Origin: Antedon mediterranea
Lineage: Eukaryota > Animalia > Echinodermata
Length of the DNA stretch: 64,000 nucleotides
Assembly: GCF_964355755.1 (NCBI RefSeq)
Contig: NC_092679.1
Location: 22,117,432 to 22,181,431, forward strand
Reading direction: 5' to 3'
Positions 1 to 13,600 of the stretch are shown here, piece by piece (the stretch's first letter is position 1; each line of letters starts with the position of its first letter). The notes under the pieces are model-generated. The model saw only the letters and a program-made list of their open reading frames with translations. It did not search any database and was not told where the DNA came from. Made by a program: the position numbers and the translations under genes.

Positions 1-271
1 TTTGTGTATATGATTTTAAGATAAATTATAGCCAATTGTAGTGACAGTTTTTACCTTTTTTATTAATATTACCATCAATACTACAGTGTTTTACTCTTTT
101 TCTTTGGAAATTTTGGCATACATGGCGTGTCATAATTATATTTTAGGGGGGATCTAGGTGCTTGTGGTGGTTCATAAAAGTAACTAGGGGCAAGGCTACT
201 CATTTTACTAAACATAGATGTTGATATTAAAAAATAAATAAGGTAAACAAAGAATTATTTATTTTTTAAAG

Positions 272-1132
272 AACAAACCAAAACATGTGAAAATTGAAGA
301 GCAACCGATACTGAAAAAAGAGCCAAAGGTAGAAGTGAAAGCCATCGTGGAGTCGGGACCGGTACAGTATGACCATCATGGAATGGAGGACGAACAAGGA
401 GATGTAGAAGAGGACTATGTTGTGGAGGACACGGAAGAACCACTGCAGAGTGCAGCTCAGTTGATGGGACATACGGGTAAGAAGGATTTGTTATATACAT
501 GTGGTGAGATTCAGTGTTTGCCCGAAATCTTAAGCTCTACACTATCAAACTTTATGTGACAAAAAAGTGTGATGTGCCTAAGTATGGTATTGATATGCCC
601 AAATATGGTAGTGATATGACCTCATCATGTCCATATATGGGCACATCACATTTTGTTTACACATAAAGTTTGATAATGTAGACAGAGCCTTAGGATGGCT
701 TTCAAAGAGTTTAAACATCATACGGTACATGAAAAAATAGTATTACAGTAGTAGGTAGTACAATTTTCTAAATGAAGCTTTTAGTGTGGTTGGCAAGACC
801 TGAAAACAATACTGGTCTAGAGTAGCCTGTTTGAGTAATAATAATAATAACAACTTTATTTAAAAACGAATGCAACTCTTGGATCACCAGATTGGTGTTT
901 TTCCCAAGGCCGTTACTTACTACAAAACTATTTACACAAGATGGCAAGAAGAAGGTTGATGAATGATGGATGGAGTTGGATGGCAGACTATGTGGAACTT
1001 TGAAGAAAGTTCAAATGTTTAACCATTTCTTTGCTACTAAACCAAGTCAATACAAGAGTTAATTGAAATGGAACTTGTATTTTTGTTTTAGGAATTGATG
1101 ATTATAATGATTATGATGATGATATGGATTAA
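272..1132 (+). CDS. BRF1: TFIIIB 90 kDa subunit BRF1, last two coding exons (gene begins upstream of the window)
   Basis: Exons 272-476 and 1092-1132 (AG/GT, phase-compatible) give NKPKHVKIEEQ...IVESGPVQY...EEPLQSAAQLMGHTGIDDYNDYDDDMD*. This matches the recalled vertebrate BRF1 C-terminus (VESGPVSY...acidic...VSALQMMG...acidic end). Confidence 0.75.
532..691. mobile_element. MITE family A (TIR AAGCTCTGTCTACACTATCAAACT), PIF/Harbinger-like
   Basis: Near-palindromic element of about 160 bp, TAA/TTA-like flanks, internal GTGATGTGCCCAAATATGG; about 10 related copies in the window. Confidence 0.75.
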
Positions 1133-1970
1133 GTAGTGAAGTGGACTGGAATACTACTACTAACCAGGACACATAAATTCCAATGACAACTAAAGCCAGA
1201 ACAACTGAAATAGCATACTACAATAAAACGTTGAACAAAATGAACAACCACCTTTTGAAAGTTCTCCTCTAAAAGTGGTGCTTTAATTAGGCCAATCTAC
1301 ACAGACTAACAATAAAGGTAAGCGAAAAACCGTGTACTTGTCCCTCATAGAATCCGTATCTATCCTGAACGGGTTTCCGCTTAACCGCCCGTCTACTATG
1401 CATTTTGTGTAAATGGTCATCAGAAATAACATGGATACTTGTTTTTATCGTCTGTGTAAATTGGCCTTTAAATTGGATATAATGATACAACACTGCCATG
1501 CACTAATAGTTTTATACATGAATTTTCTACTACCATTGCCAATTTCAACTTTAATATTAGTACATTAGGCATACCGAAAATTGTAATGTTTCTAACCGAA
1601 AAAGTTCATGAAATAAGTTTTTCATTATAGAAGTACTTTCAGTCGGTGGGCAACATAACAATTTTTAGTCCTAATTATCACAATTAAATAATAGTTAATC
1701 AAAGAAACTAGGAAATGAATTGGTTGCATTAAAACAAAATTATGATTCAGCAAAAACAAAAATCAATTTAAAAGTTCAATAAAATCAAGAAATAAATTCA
1801 ATTCTTTTGAGAAGTAAAAAACTTATTTATCATTGTAAATAAAATATTTCTGTAGTATACAAAATGTATACAACTTGTAATTTATTTCTGTTAACTTATC
1901 TGCAAGGGTTTTTAAAAAATAAAATGACAAAAACCTAATAATTGTGCGTGATTTATTTAAAGAGTATTTT

Positions 1971-2099
1971 AAGCTCTGTCTACACTATCCAAAAAATGTG
2001 ATGTGCCCAAATATGGGCATGACGATGTCATATTACTACCATATTTGGGCACATCACACTTTTCTTGTCAAACTAGTTTGATAGTGTAGACAGAGTTTT
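1971..2099. mobile_element. MITE family A copy
   Basis: AAGCTCTGTCTACACTATC ... GATAGTGTAGACAGAG terminal inverted repeats. Confidence 0.8.
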
Positions 2100-2738
2100 A
2101 TTTTCACTATGTTAGAACATTGGTTAACACATTTTTTCAAACTGGGACACAAAAGAATATATTTGAAGAATAAAATGCATTAGTAGTAAAATATTGTAAA
2201 AAGAAAACACAATAGATTAGGGAAAAAGAGTATTTATTGCATCAACATTTTGAATTCTTTATTCAGTCTACCTAACTTACCTAACTTAACTAACAAAAGA
2301 TTTAACAAACAAAATGTAGATTAAAGGAGAATTATTTTTACTGCAAAATATTCTACAAAACAAAAAAAGTGCAATAGAAATGTGCTAAAAAAAGTATAAT
2401 TAGAAATGTGCTAAAAAAAGTATAATTTAAATTCAAATAGTAGACAAGTGTGGTTTTTTTGTGAATAGTGTTACGGTCAACTATATTATTATATATGTTA
2501 TCTTATTTCTATTGACAGTTATTGGTGCACCTACAGTAGTTACCTGTGCCATTAATAGAAAAGAAGCATGACCGATCATGCCGACAGAAAACAAGGCATT
2601 AGGTGCACGGTCAACTGTCACTCTGTCGACCATCATCATCGGTTTTTAATAATATATATTTTATTTCACTTTTTTCATAAAACATTTTGTACATAAATAG
2701 TTTTTAAAAACAAATATTTGAAGAAATTTAATTTGAAA

Positions 2739-5700
2739 TTATACAAAAAGCCTGAAAGAGAAAAGCATTGCGATTAGTGTAATAGAGCCACAGATTACTT
2801 GCGAACGGGATGGCTCAGTTGGTTCTGGAACCGATGGATCTTTTGTGACATCAAAGTCGTCACGACTGTTCACGTTTGTAAAAATGTACGGGTGTTCCTA
2901 AACAAATAACAAGAAAATAAACTTTTTATCTGCATTGGGCATGGGTATTGGTAGCTAACACTATTTCTGAAATTATATAATAATACTTGAGTAATATTAA
3001 AGGAGTAAAATTATTGTTATGATAAAACATAAGCTTACACAGCCAATAGTATATTGTATTATAATGAATACAAGTATAGTACATTGTGACAACATTATGT
3101 GTACAAGTCTCTTAGATAAATTTGAAACATTATCACATATTTTTGAAGACAAATTTTATAATGGAATTAGAAATAATCTTTTACCTTTGTCGGGCAAATT
3201 AAATCTGAAAATGGCTGCCAAGTTGTTCTTTTCTGGCCTACAGGCGTCATCTGTAGATAATACAACATTTACAGAAAATATACAAAAACTAACATGATAA
3301 ACGAAAGGAGCTATTATCCCATCAGAATTAAATATACCAATGACCTCATACTAGAGAACCAAGCTACTTCAAATGCTCAGATCATATATTATATTATTAT
3401 TACTGTATATTGTATTCATATCTTCATAGTGTATATATATATATATATGTATGTATGTATGTAATGCATATGAAAATATATATATTAGCAACCTTTAGTA
3501 CTGGAAGTACTGTACACAGCACTTGAGTAAAAAACTCATTCTGCACATGCTCACAAACATATGTGACTGTTAGGCTCAATATCTAAGTAGTCGTGCAGTG
3601 CATCAATGGTAAATAAATATAAATATAAAATTTCAAATTTCAAAATGGTACATATACCTGTAGAATAATCTATTCTTCTAGTATAGACCCTCAATATGAT
3701 TCTAGTTGCTTTGAATGTATTCATGTCATATTGAAATATAAATAACCATTGACGGAAACAAATAATTTTGACTTGAGCATTACCTCTGGTTTAAATACTG
3801 CTTTCTTAACTACAGTTGACTTTGAGTTGACTTACCATGTTGTTCCAGAGTTCACCAGCCCCAGCTGAGTGCCCTTTGCTACTAAAGTGGAAACAATCTG
3901 GAGCAAAGAAGCTAAAATCTGGATTACCATTCTAGTAAGAGAATAATTATTACTACATTTTCAAGTACACTATAACCTTAAAAGCCTACTCTATGAATAA
4001 AAGACTATGAACATGGTCAACTGTGCATGGCATTCCTTGTTTCTTATCGGCACAGTCAACCGCAATTCTGTATTCTAATTGGTTCATTGAATGGTCAACT
4101 GTGCATGGCATTCCTTGTTTCTTATCGGCACAGTCAACCGCAATTCTGTATTCTAATTGGTACATTGAATGGTCAACTGTGCTCATAGGAAAAAAGATTA
4201 CAGGAACAGTTGACTTTTATGCACTGCATTAACTCTATGATTTAACTGTTTTACTATGTTCATGTATTGTCTTACTTCGTCAACTGGTGGGTCTGTCTTC
4301 GTAAAGAATGGTTGGGAAATTGCTGTAAAATCCTCCTTTGTGTCAAACTTTCCACTTTTTAAAAGTTCTATAGTCCAGTCCTACAAAATAACATACGATG
4401 TATGATAAATATGAAAACAATCACACATTCAATTTCGCTTTTGAACATACTGTATCTTGAAATGGATATTTATTTTTATTTTTTTATTTTATTCAATCGA
4501 AACCAACAGCGATAATTACCGCCACTTACAGGTTTGATACAAACAAAGCCAGGACTTTTTAAAGCACCTTGATTGGTCCTAACATTGATCAAGGGCTTCT
4601 CTCGTCCAGTGACCACCTTGACCAGAGGAAAGGCATAAGCCAATATGTGTGAGGCATTTACTAGATGATTTCAAATGCCTAACGGGACCCCAGTTCCATA
4701 TACAGCACCCAATACTCCCAGTTGGTCTCCCATCCAAGCTCTAACCAGGCCCAACGTTGCTTAACTTCGGTGATCTGATGAGAACCAGTGTTTCAACGTG
4801 GTAAAGCCGTATTAAAATTGAGTAAAAGGTTTAAAAAATGTAAATGTATATATCCAGCTCAGGTAATAAATTCTCTTATACACTTTTAGTAACTCTGTAT
4901 TAGAATAGTACAGTAGTAGTAAGACATAACAAACCTGATAATTCTGAGTGATCTTTCGCAAATGAACAGCAGTTTCGTTTGGTAAAAACATTGCACAATC
5001 GCAGTAAACACTAAAATCAAAGTAAATTATTGTTGAGGAATATAATATTCATTTGTTTTATTTCCTTAAAAAAATATATTAACTTTGTTGGTTTGTTTAC
5101 ATCTACATCATTTATCTAAAATTGTTTCTACTCCATTTTAAAGGCAGACAAAAGATGTTTGAAACTTTCTTGAAACATTTTGTTTACTTACATATGAAGT
5201 GCATCGCATTTAAAAGAAGATATCTCCTCAACTGCTGGAATATTTAGAATGATTACAACATTGACTATGGTATGCGGCAGCTGACAAAAAAAAAAGAAAC
5301 ATTGTTGTGTATCAAAACAAACCAAATGATTTGCATATATTATCAGTTATTTTCCAAATAAACTCAACATAACATACTGTAGTAAGGCCTATGTGTATAG
5401 TATATGTAAATTAAGCCTAATACTCCTATTAACAATTGATTAGTCACAAAACTTTGTGTGTGTGGGGGGGGGGGGGGAGCAATGGCTGCACTTCCCCTTC
5501 TTCCCCCCCCCCCCACCCCCAAATCTGTCCACTTACATCAGTCTGCATGATGGTAAGGGCTTCATCGATGTACGCAACATACTGATGAGGGTCAAATTTA
5601 TTTGGATTGTCACAGTACTGACAAAGGTCATTTCCACCGATAAATAACGTCACAAGTTTCCAGTCGTTTTCAAAATCCACAAAAGGATCGTTCTTCATTT

Positions 5701-8634
5701 TGCCTATCATGCGTCGTACTTGGGTGGGCATGTGTCTAAAAGATACAATATGTGGATATAGTGTAATAAATGTGTTATTGATTAAATAGGCCTACATACA
5801 GTATAAATATTACTTCCCTTTACATTCACAGCGTAATAATCATATCAAATCAGTTTAATAAAATCATAAAATAGCCTTGATAGTAAGTTATGTACAGAAC
5901 GTCATCAAAAGTAATTGAAATAAGCAAAGCTTGTAGTCAGAGACCCTTAAAAGAAGTAATGATTAAAGTTAATACTATTAATAACAACAATAAAAACAAA
6001 ACAAGAATAAATTACTTTAAGAAGATGATTATTATTCATATTATTATAACTTTCTTTGAACATGATAGCTTGTTTCACCATAGATTGTTGTTATTCTACT
6101 GTAGAAGGCCGTGTTGACATTATAATTGTTAGGTAAAAATGAACTAAGAGAAAAATGAAATAAAATAAATATAAATTTACAAAGAATTACAACAAAAAAT
6201 ATGATAAATATTGAAATATGTTTGACGTTGAGATAAGTTAAAAAGAATTTAATCAACTAACTCTGCTCTTGCTCCAGGTACTGCACAATTAAAATTAGTT
6301 CCTTCACTATTTTCATCACCGTTTCCAACAGAATAACCATAGACATCTTCATTGAATTCTTTCAATATATCTATAACAAAATTAATAATAAACCATTTCT
6401 TGACAACAAGTTACTTTGAAGATTGTGGCATCTTCATAAATAAAGTTGCTGCTAATTGACTAGTAGTTGAAATTAACGAACACAATATGATATCACTGTA
6501 CAAGCACATGCATTACTTACTGGGAATCGTTACTACACTTTGTGTTAATGACTGCAGGCTACCATCACCTCCAATACTATAAGTAAGATAAGAGAAATAA
6601 AAAAAATTACAACTACTGTACTGTACATTTTCAGACTAAAATTCTACTATCTAGGCCTATAAACAATGAAAATATCTTGAGAAAAAAGTACCCCACCGTA
6701 GCCCTACAGTAAGCATATTGTGGGGTCCAAGAAACAGAAAGAAGTTCACCTCCATGACCGTCCACGAGCCTCAACTATAACACCAGGCAATGCACATGCT
6801 CCTGCTCCGTTTGCAGCCTAATATAAATTTTAAAAATGTTAAAGAGCTAATGTAATACAGTAGTAAAAACAGAAAATGGATATACTTAGTAATTACAGAA
6901 TGAGTACATGACATTGTTTTAAAAGCTTGATCAATAAAGGTGAAATGAACCATGTTTCCCAGGAGCACTTAAGTGAGTCATTTTACTCTTCACATTTAGA
7001 TTAACGGAATCTATCTAAGTGAATATAATTTAAGGAAATCCTTAAATATTAATTGCTATAAATTTAAAGGAAATATCTCACTTAAGTGTGATTTGTGGAT
7101 ACGGCCACGGCTCTATAGTAGTTTGCAAGCTTAAACCATAAAAATAAACAAATAAACAATCAATCTTACCGTAATAGAATCGCCTACTGCGCCAACAACT
7201 TTGATATCAGCTGGTCTCACCCGATGAGCTATTAGGAGATAAGATTGTAGATTTTAATGGGTTTTAACACGCTTGAATAGATAAATTTATTAATACATTT
7301 CTTCATGCATTACTGTACCAGTTGGATCACAAGACACAACTTTGTGCTGATTACTAGATGCATTATGGGAGTAGGTTTCGATATGCGTTTGATACATAAA
7401 AATTTACCAGGGTAATAATGTAAGGCGATAAAAGTGCTTTATATAACAACAAATATTATTACTACTGTTATAGTAAAAGTTTTACCATGGATAAAATATT
7501 TTCTCCAACCTACAGTAGAGATCTACCAACTTAAACCACCTAGAATCCAACTTACCAGAAGTAGGTACAGTCTCTGAGGGACCGGTGTCTGGGCAATCAA
7601 TTTTTAATGATGTTTTCTATAAAACAAAGCAAAGTACTATACTGTAATGTATTAATACTACTGCTATCCCACTTTTGATATAATTATTAATTTATAATGT
7701 TTTAATTTTACAATCATCTCCAATGATATTTTTAATAACTATATTTCAAAATCCATATGCAATTCAGTGTTAATCTAAGATTCGTGGACCCAATGGTCAT
7801 ATTTACCATTCACATTAGGCCTCAACATTTAAAAATAAAATTTAATTCCTAAATATTTAACTGATTTAAGTCAAATACTTGATTTAAGTGATTTGGAACA
7901 GATTTTGTCAAATCATGAATTAAAATATTTGAAAATAATCTTACATATGGTAGAAAGCACTCTGGATAGTCTGGGATTGGCAGTTCTGGTAGTCCTGTTG
8001 GAATCGTTAGGTTCTCACCAACACGTGCTGGTGTCTCTTCAAATGAATTCAGAACCTTGACGTAATTCTGCCATTCAACTTAAGGAACATAAAAAATAAA
8101 TTTAAAAACTAAATATTAAATATGGAAGTTTAAACATTTTATATTTTACCAGGTACACATTAGAATCAAATAGCATTATACATTCAAAAGTCCCAAATAT
8201 CCAATCAAACAACTGGAAATTCTATCAAACAGAACCTTATTTCTAATATTGAAATTGCAAATATAGGAAAACCGGACTTCCTGTGTCAACCTAAAGCTCT
8301 GTCTACACTATCAAACTAGTTTGACAACAAAAGTGTGATGAGCCCAAATATGGTAGTGATATGCTTAAATATTATAGTGATTTGACATCATCATGTTCAT
8401 ATAATGGACAAATCAATTTTTTTGGTCACATAATAAAGTTTAGACAAAGTTTAAGGGTGTCTGGTACTGGGAGAGTTGAGTGTATTATTTTTACCAGGGT
8501 TTGAACACTCCAATCAAATTTAAACATGTTTGTTATTATCAATTCTGATCTAAAGTGAACATATACATACCATCGTTACTCTGTGTAAAACATCCACCAA
8601 CGAATAGAAACAAGAAAACCACCTGAAACCTCAT
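2739..8634 (-). CDS. PLB1: Phospholipase B1-like secreted GDSL/SGNH lipase, single catalytic domain, about 14 exons, about 440-450 aa
   Basis: Signal peptide [17 protein letters not shown] (exon 8571-8634). Then [19 protein letters not shown] (~7170-7228), [33 protein letters not shown] (5537-5735), [18 protein letters not shown] (~3836-3932) and last exon [11 protein letters not shown]...[11 protein letters not shown] (stop 2739-2741). All four SGNH blocks are present. Confidence 0.9.
4013..4180. repeat. 78-bp tandem duplication (about 2.2 copies) in a PLB1 intron
   Basis: ATGGTCAACTGTGCATGGCATTCCTTGTTTCTTATCGGCACAGTC... is repeated; a related inverted fragment lies near 2575-2620. Confidence 0.85.
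4468..4813 (-). mobile_element. 5S rRNA-derived SINE-like element (SINE3 type) in a PLB1 intron
   Basis: Minus strand: 5S-like head (4701-4813), then about 200 bp of unrelated body, then an A-rich tail (AATAAAATAAAAAAATAAAAATAAA). No clear TSD. Confidence 0.65.
4701..4813 (-). pseudogene. 5S rRNA-like sequence (diverged copy or SINE head)
   Basis: Reverse complement TACGGCTTTACCACGTTGAAACACTGGTTCTCATCAGATCACCGAAGTTAAGCAACGTTGGGCCTGGTTAGAGCTTGGATGGGAGACCAACTGGGAGTATTGGGTGCTGTA closely follows the metazoan 5S rRNA consensus with several substitutions; no T-run terminator follows. Confidence 0.88.
8294..8452. mobile_element. MITE family A copy
   Basis: AAGCTCTGTCTACACTATCAAACTAG left end; degenerate right end. 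Confidence 0.7.
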
Positions 8635-10654
8635 TTTTAAAATCTGAATTCTTTAGCCCACTATGAAAGCAACCTTAAGTGTAAGGTACTTGTGTAGTTA
8701 AGTCAAAGGTCTGGGGAGTTGCGGGCCAAAGTTAGATTATAAGGATAACAAAGTACTGTATCATTATTATGAATTGCTAATAAGTTGAACTAATATTTAC
8801 ACTGATCTATTGGCTTCTATATAATGTTGATTTTTGATAATACTAATCATTACATCGAACCATTACGCCTAAATTGAGACATTAAGGCATTTGGATCGTC
8901 TGTATTTATGGGCCTATTTTGTTACCAAATTAGATATAGGTCAACACCGTATTATTTTTAAATAAATACATTATAGATAATATAGTTAGACAAACAATAT
9001 ATTAACAAAAGTCAACACAATATGTTTAGGAAGTTTCTAGGCCTACAAACTACACTATACACAACTCAATAATGAAGCTATCATGTATAAAAGTCATTCT
9101 GTGTACACGCTCAGAAACATACATACACAGGATGACTGTTAGACTCAATAGCTGCATAGTGACGTCATGAAAAGCAATCATGTGTAAAAGTCATTATGCA
9201 TATGCTCAGAAACATATGAGCATGTACAGAATGACTGTTAGACTCAATAGCCACATAGTGACAACATGATTGATTGATGATTGATAATATCTCAATTTAG
9301 AGTTCTCAAACAGAAATATTAAATTTATATATCTATGTAGTCATCAGCTAAAATTTGACATTCTAAAATGAAATACAGTACACATTAAGAAAATGAAATA
9401 TTGCTACTAAAGGTTTACAAATTGTACATAAAGTAGTTTTATTCATTTGTCCAGTGTCTACGTACCAAAAAAAATCTGGACAGACAATACAAACAAATGG
9501 ATTGTTTTATACAGTGATGCAACGGCTATTATATGCATAGCCTAGCCTCGACTCCAGCAGATGCTGAGCTCTGGAAACAAGTAAGTAAATAAGCGCTCAC
9601 TGGCTAAACCCAGGGGCCCAGAGCTCAAGGGGCCCCTAGAGAATGAGCAGTTCAAATCAACTAACCAGCATTGGAGGGCCCCTTACGAGTGCTAAACCAG
9701 GGGCCTTAGCCCTATGCCACTGGTTTTATATAATTTACAGAATGAAATATGTTTTCTTTTCTGTATTTGTGATGGAATCAAGTCCTTAATGAATATGTAC
9801 ATGGGTGGGACCAGCAGGTGTGGGTGGCTTGGTTTTTCACCCTCCTAAATTAAGAAAATGATAATGCAATAGATAAGATCCAGATTAAGTTCAGCACACC
9901 AGTTCACCACGAGGTGAGTATTTTCTGTCTAGTCATTTGAGTAAATCATGAATGAGGTCGACATAACGTATGACTGCCTCACAAGTCAACGCACTTTGCA
10001 TTTGATCAACTTAATCCTTGTAATCTGGCTTGGAGATAAGCAGAAGTAGCCCAAGTACCTTACAGTTCATAATAAGGTAAGATACACCAGAACCATTTAT
10101 TTGAAAATTCTATGTCTTTTAGAACCTTGTCCACAATAGTACACTTAAAGCCTTGTCTGCACCATCAAACTAGTGCACAAAAAAAGTGTGATGTGTTCAA
10201 ATATGGTAGTGATATGAACAGCATTCTCCAGTAACTGTGTAAACAGGCTTGACAAACTTCTCCAACATGTGGAAATGTGGAGTATGTAAACGTTTGGTGA
10301 GGTTTGCTAGTGTAGACTAAGCTAATATAATTTTCACTCCTGCAAGAAGTAACAACTTGTAACCAGGTTTGCCTAGTGGAAAGACAATTTTGTCACAATT
10401 TGAATCTCACAAGATTTCACAAGGAACCCCAATCATCATAGTCATCAAGAAGCATGCAACTATGCTTTCCTCCCAAGATTTCTCACAGTTAGACTGCACA
10501 ACACCAGTAGCTACGACATTAAAACAAGTGGCGTACTCTCTGTTATCGGGAAAATAATTCACGCACAGAGATGAAGTTTTAATTTATATAATTAAATATC
10601 CAGGAGCGCATGATTCTTGGAAACTGAACAATTCTCCTTCGGTGAGTGAGCACT

Positions 10655-13600
10655 TCAATCGCTTTCGTCACCTGATGATTTTACTTCACCATCACTATCA
10701 CTCGCACTTCCAAAGATTTCTTCTTCATCTTTTTCTTTCCTTCTTTCCATATCGTCCTCTTCATCTTCCTCTTTAACTTCTTCCTCGTGTTCACTCTCTT
10801 TTTCTTCGTTCTCACTCTCTTCTTTATCACTTTCTTGTACATTCTGTGCCGCTGCTTCTTCTTCATCGCTGTCTTCTTTCTCTTGTTCACTTTCACCTTT
10901 AAATTTAAAAATCAAAACAAATTTATTTAAATTTATACTAATATTCAATAATTATATTATTTTATAATACACCTAGGTATTCAATAACTACTCTATTGAA
11001 CTCATGGTCATTCAATTATCGTTATTATCATTGAATTATATATTATATTATATATATTATCATTGAATTATATATTATATTATATATTATATATTATTAT
11101 ATTATTATGAATTACATATCAACCGTGCAAGCAGTCTAAATTTTACCTCATGAAATAATTTTTACTATTGCACTTATAAGCATTCATTATTTGTATAACC
11201 ATTTATTATCTTAACAATACCTGAATGTTGTTCATTTTCTTCTTCGTTTTGATTTTCCACATCACTAGCTTCCTTCTCTTCTTTCTCAACATCTTCCATC
11301 TCTTCATCTTCTGCAATTCCTTCTTCCTCTTCTTCCTCCTCTTCTTCAGCCATTTGGTTATCAAGTTGTGCCAGTCTTGCCGACTAAAGAATAACAAAAT
11401 CAGAGATTTAAAACACAACAAAATTACTTATTAATTGAAAATGATTATTATTGATAAAAATGTAATATATTGGTGAAATATAATAAATTGATAAAAATGT
11501 AATATATTGATGAAATGTAATATAATGACGACAATATACTTCATTTATGAAAATATAAAATATTAATAAAATGAATATATTGATGAAAATATAATAAATT
11601 GATGAAAAAGTAATACATTGATGAAATGTAATTTACTGATGAAATGTAATATATAGATGAAATGTTATATAATCAGGAAATGTAATATATTGAGGAAAAT
11701 CTAATCAATTGATGAAAATGTAATAAATTGATAAAAATGTAATAAACTGATGAAATATATTATATTGATGAAAATATAATATATTGATTTATAAATTCAC
11801 AATTATGATATTGACTATAAAAATATTAATGATGATAATTTGGTACCAATATCATTATCAACAATAAAATACAAATATGTGATGATTGACGATGAAAATA
11901 ATGATGACAATCATGATGGTATCCTACCTGTGCTGCTGTTTCAGCTTCTGTTTGATCCCGATGTTTAACAACAAGAAATGATGACCCAGATGACACAGTT
12001 TCTTTAGCTCTTCTTTTACTTAATCGTACCCTAGTAAACAAGTAAATTTAAAATATTTATTATATCAATCCTCAAACCTCATTAAATCACTTTATTATTA
12101 CATTATTATTATCATTTTATTTCATAAACATTTATTTCTATTAATGGTGCATAGAAAATAACAAACGAATTAAAGAAAAAATACCATTAATAGAGGATTT
12201 TACAAGAAAAAACTTCGTCACGTAAAACCCATGGACAAAACAACCACCACCTACCTAGTTTCCAATTCATTGTAGAATACACCTTCTCCTTTTCTAAAAA
12301 CAAAGAAATAATTTTCCTCGTAGCCCCTACTCGTCTTGTTCTTCACGTTCCAATTGTACTCTCTCGCCATCTTATACTCATATCTTTAAAAAAATGTATA
12401 TTAAATTGACCTGATAAACATTTTCAGAAAAAAAAACTGCTGAAAATTATTGTAACATCATCTTACTATAATGTTCAGTTTGCAAAACTGTATGCCCAAA
12501 AGGCTTTTATGATGTGTGATGAATTTACATTAGTTTATTTATGGCCGGCTTTCACTAATCACTCATGCTATTGAAATTGTATTAGTTTAAATGTATGTGT
12601 ATTGTTTCTGGGGTCTTTCTCGAGACAAGAAACTTGATTTCTTCTAGAGAAGACCCCAAATGATGGCTTATTACCTTGTTTTATTTAAATAATGTACACA
12701 CCTATATATTACACTGTAAAAAAATATGCCATTGTTGAACAAATAAATGTTTGTTGAACTTTGATCACAAGTTAAAAATAGATTTTTTTTTTTAATTTAT
12801 TTACTTTAAATGACATAGTAACAAAATAAAAGAAGATTAACAGTTTACAGTGTATAAAAATATTTTAACCAATCACAGTGGTTACGTTGCTTGTTGAATT
12901 GTAAATCTAAAAATAAGTATGTACTTACACATCATCGTGAGCGTAATCCACATCTTCTTCAGCGTCGCGCTTTCGTTTTCCGAGTGTTTCCTCCGTCGGT
13001 AAGAAATAACCTACAAATTGATCCCCACTCTCATCAACCATACCTCTGTTAAAAAATGACAAACATGATACTTTAAGCTCTGTTTACACTATCAAACTAG
13101 TTTGACAAAAAAAGTGTGATGTGCCCACATGGTGGTAGTGATATGCCCATCACATTTTTTGTCACATAAAGTATAAAGTACAAAATTAATTAATGTTAAA
13201 AGTGCAAAAGAAAAAGGTGGGAGTTATACAGGTAATCCTTATATCCCTGGGGACACCATATGAAGTGGACACTTGTTGAGTTCCAAATATGTCTTTTTAT
13301 AGGTTCTACTATATTAAACCATACATTTTATTAGCAATAATAATAACCTTATCATAGCTTGTGACATCTCTTCTACTTGTACAGCAGCTGATTTTCCTTT
13401 AGGTGCAGGATCAAAATCAAATATAACCTGAGCACATGGATTGGTCCACAGCTAAATATAAAAAAAGACAATTTACAATACTTTACATTATAATACATAT
13501 AATTTATAGTGAGTGGCCAAGCAGTTAAGATAGTGGAACCGTAATCTAAGGGTTTGAGGCTCACTAGCTCCATGGTCCTGGTGGTAGAATGAGTCTTCTC

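Noticed and set aside
4701-4813. Functional 5S rRNA gene
   Set aside because: Isolated copy with multiple substitutions, altered ends and no oligo-T terminator; better explained as a SINE head or pseudogene.
5455-5532. Poly-G/poly-C inverted tract next to a PLB1 donor site
   Set aside because: Likely a decayed MITE end or simple repeat; no evidence of function, and homopolymer lengths are unreliable.
10681-11434. Lys/Arg-rich and Phe-rich ORFs
   Set aside because: Shifted-frame or antisense readings of the acidic PAF1 C-terminal exons.
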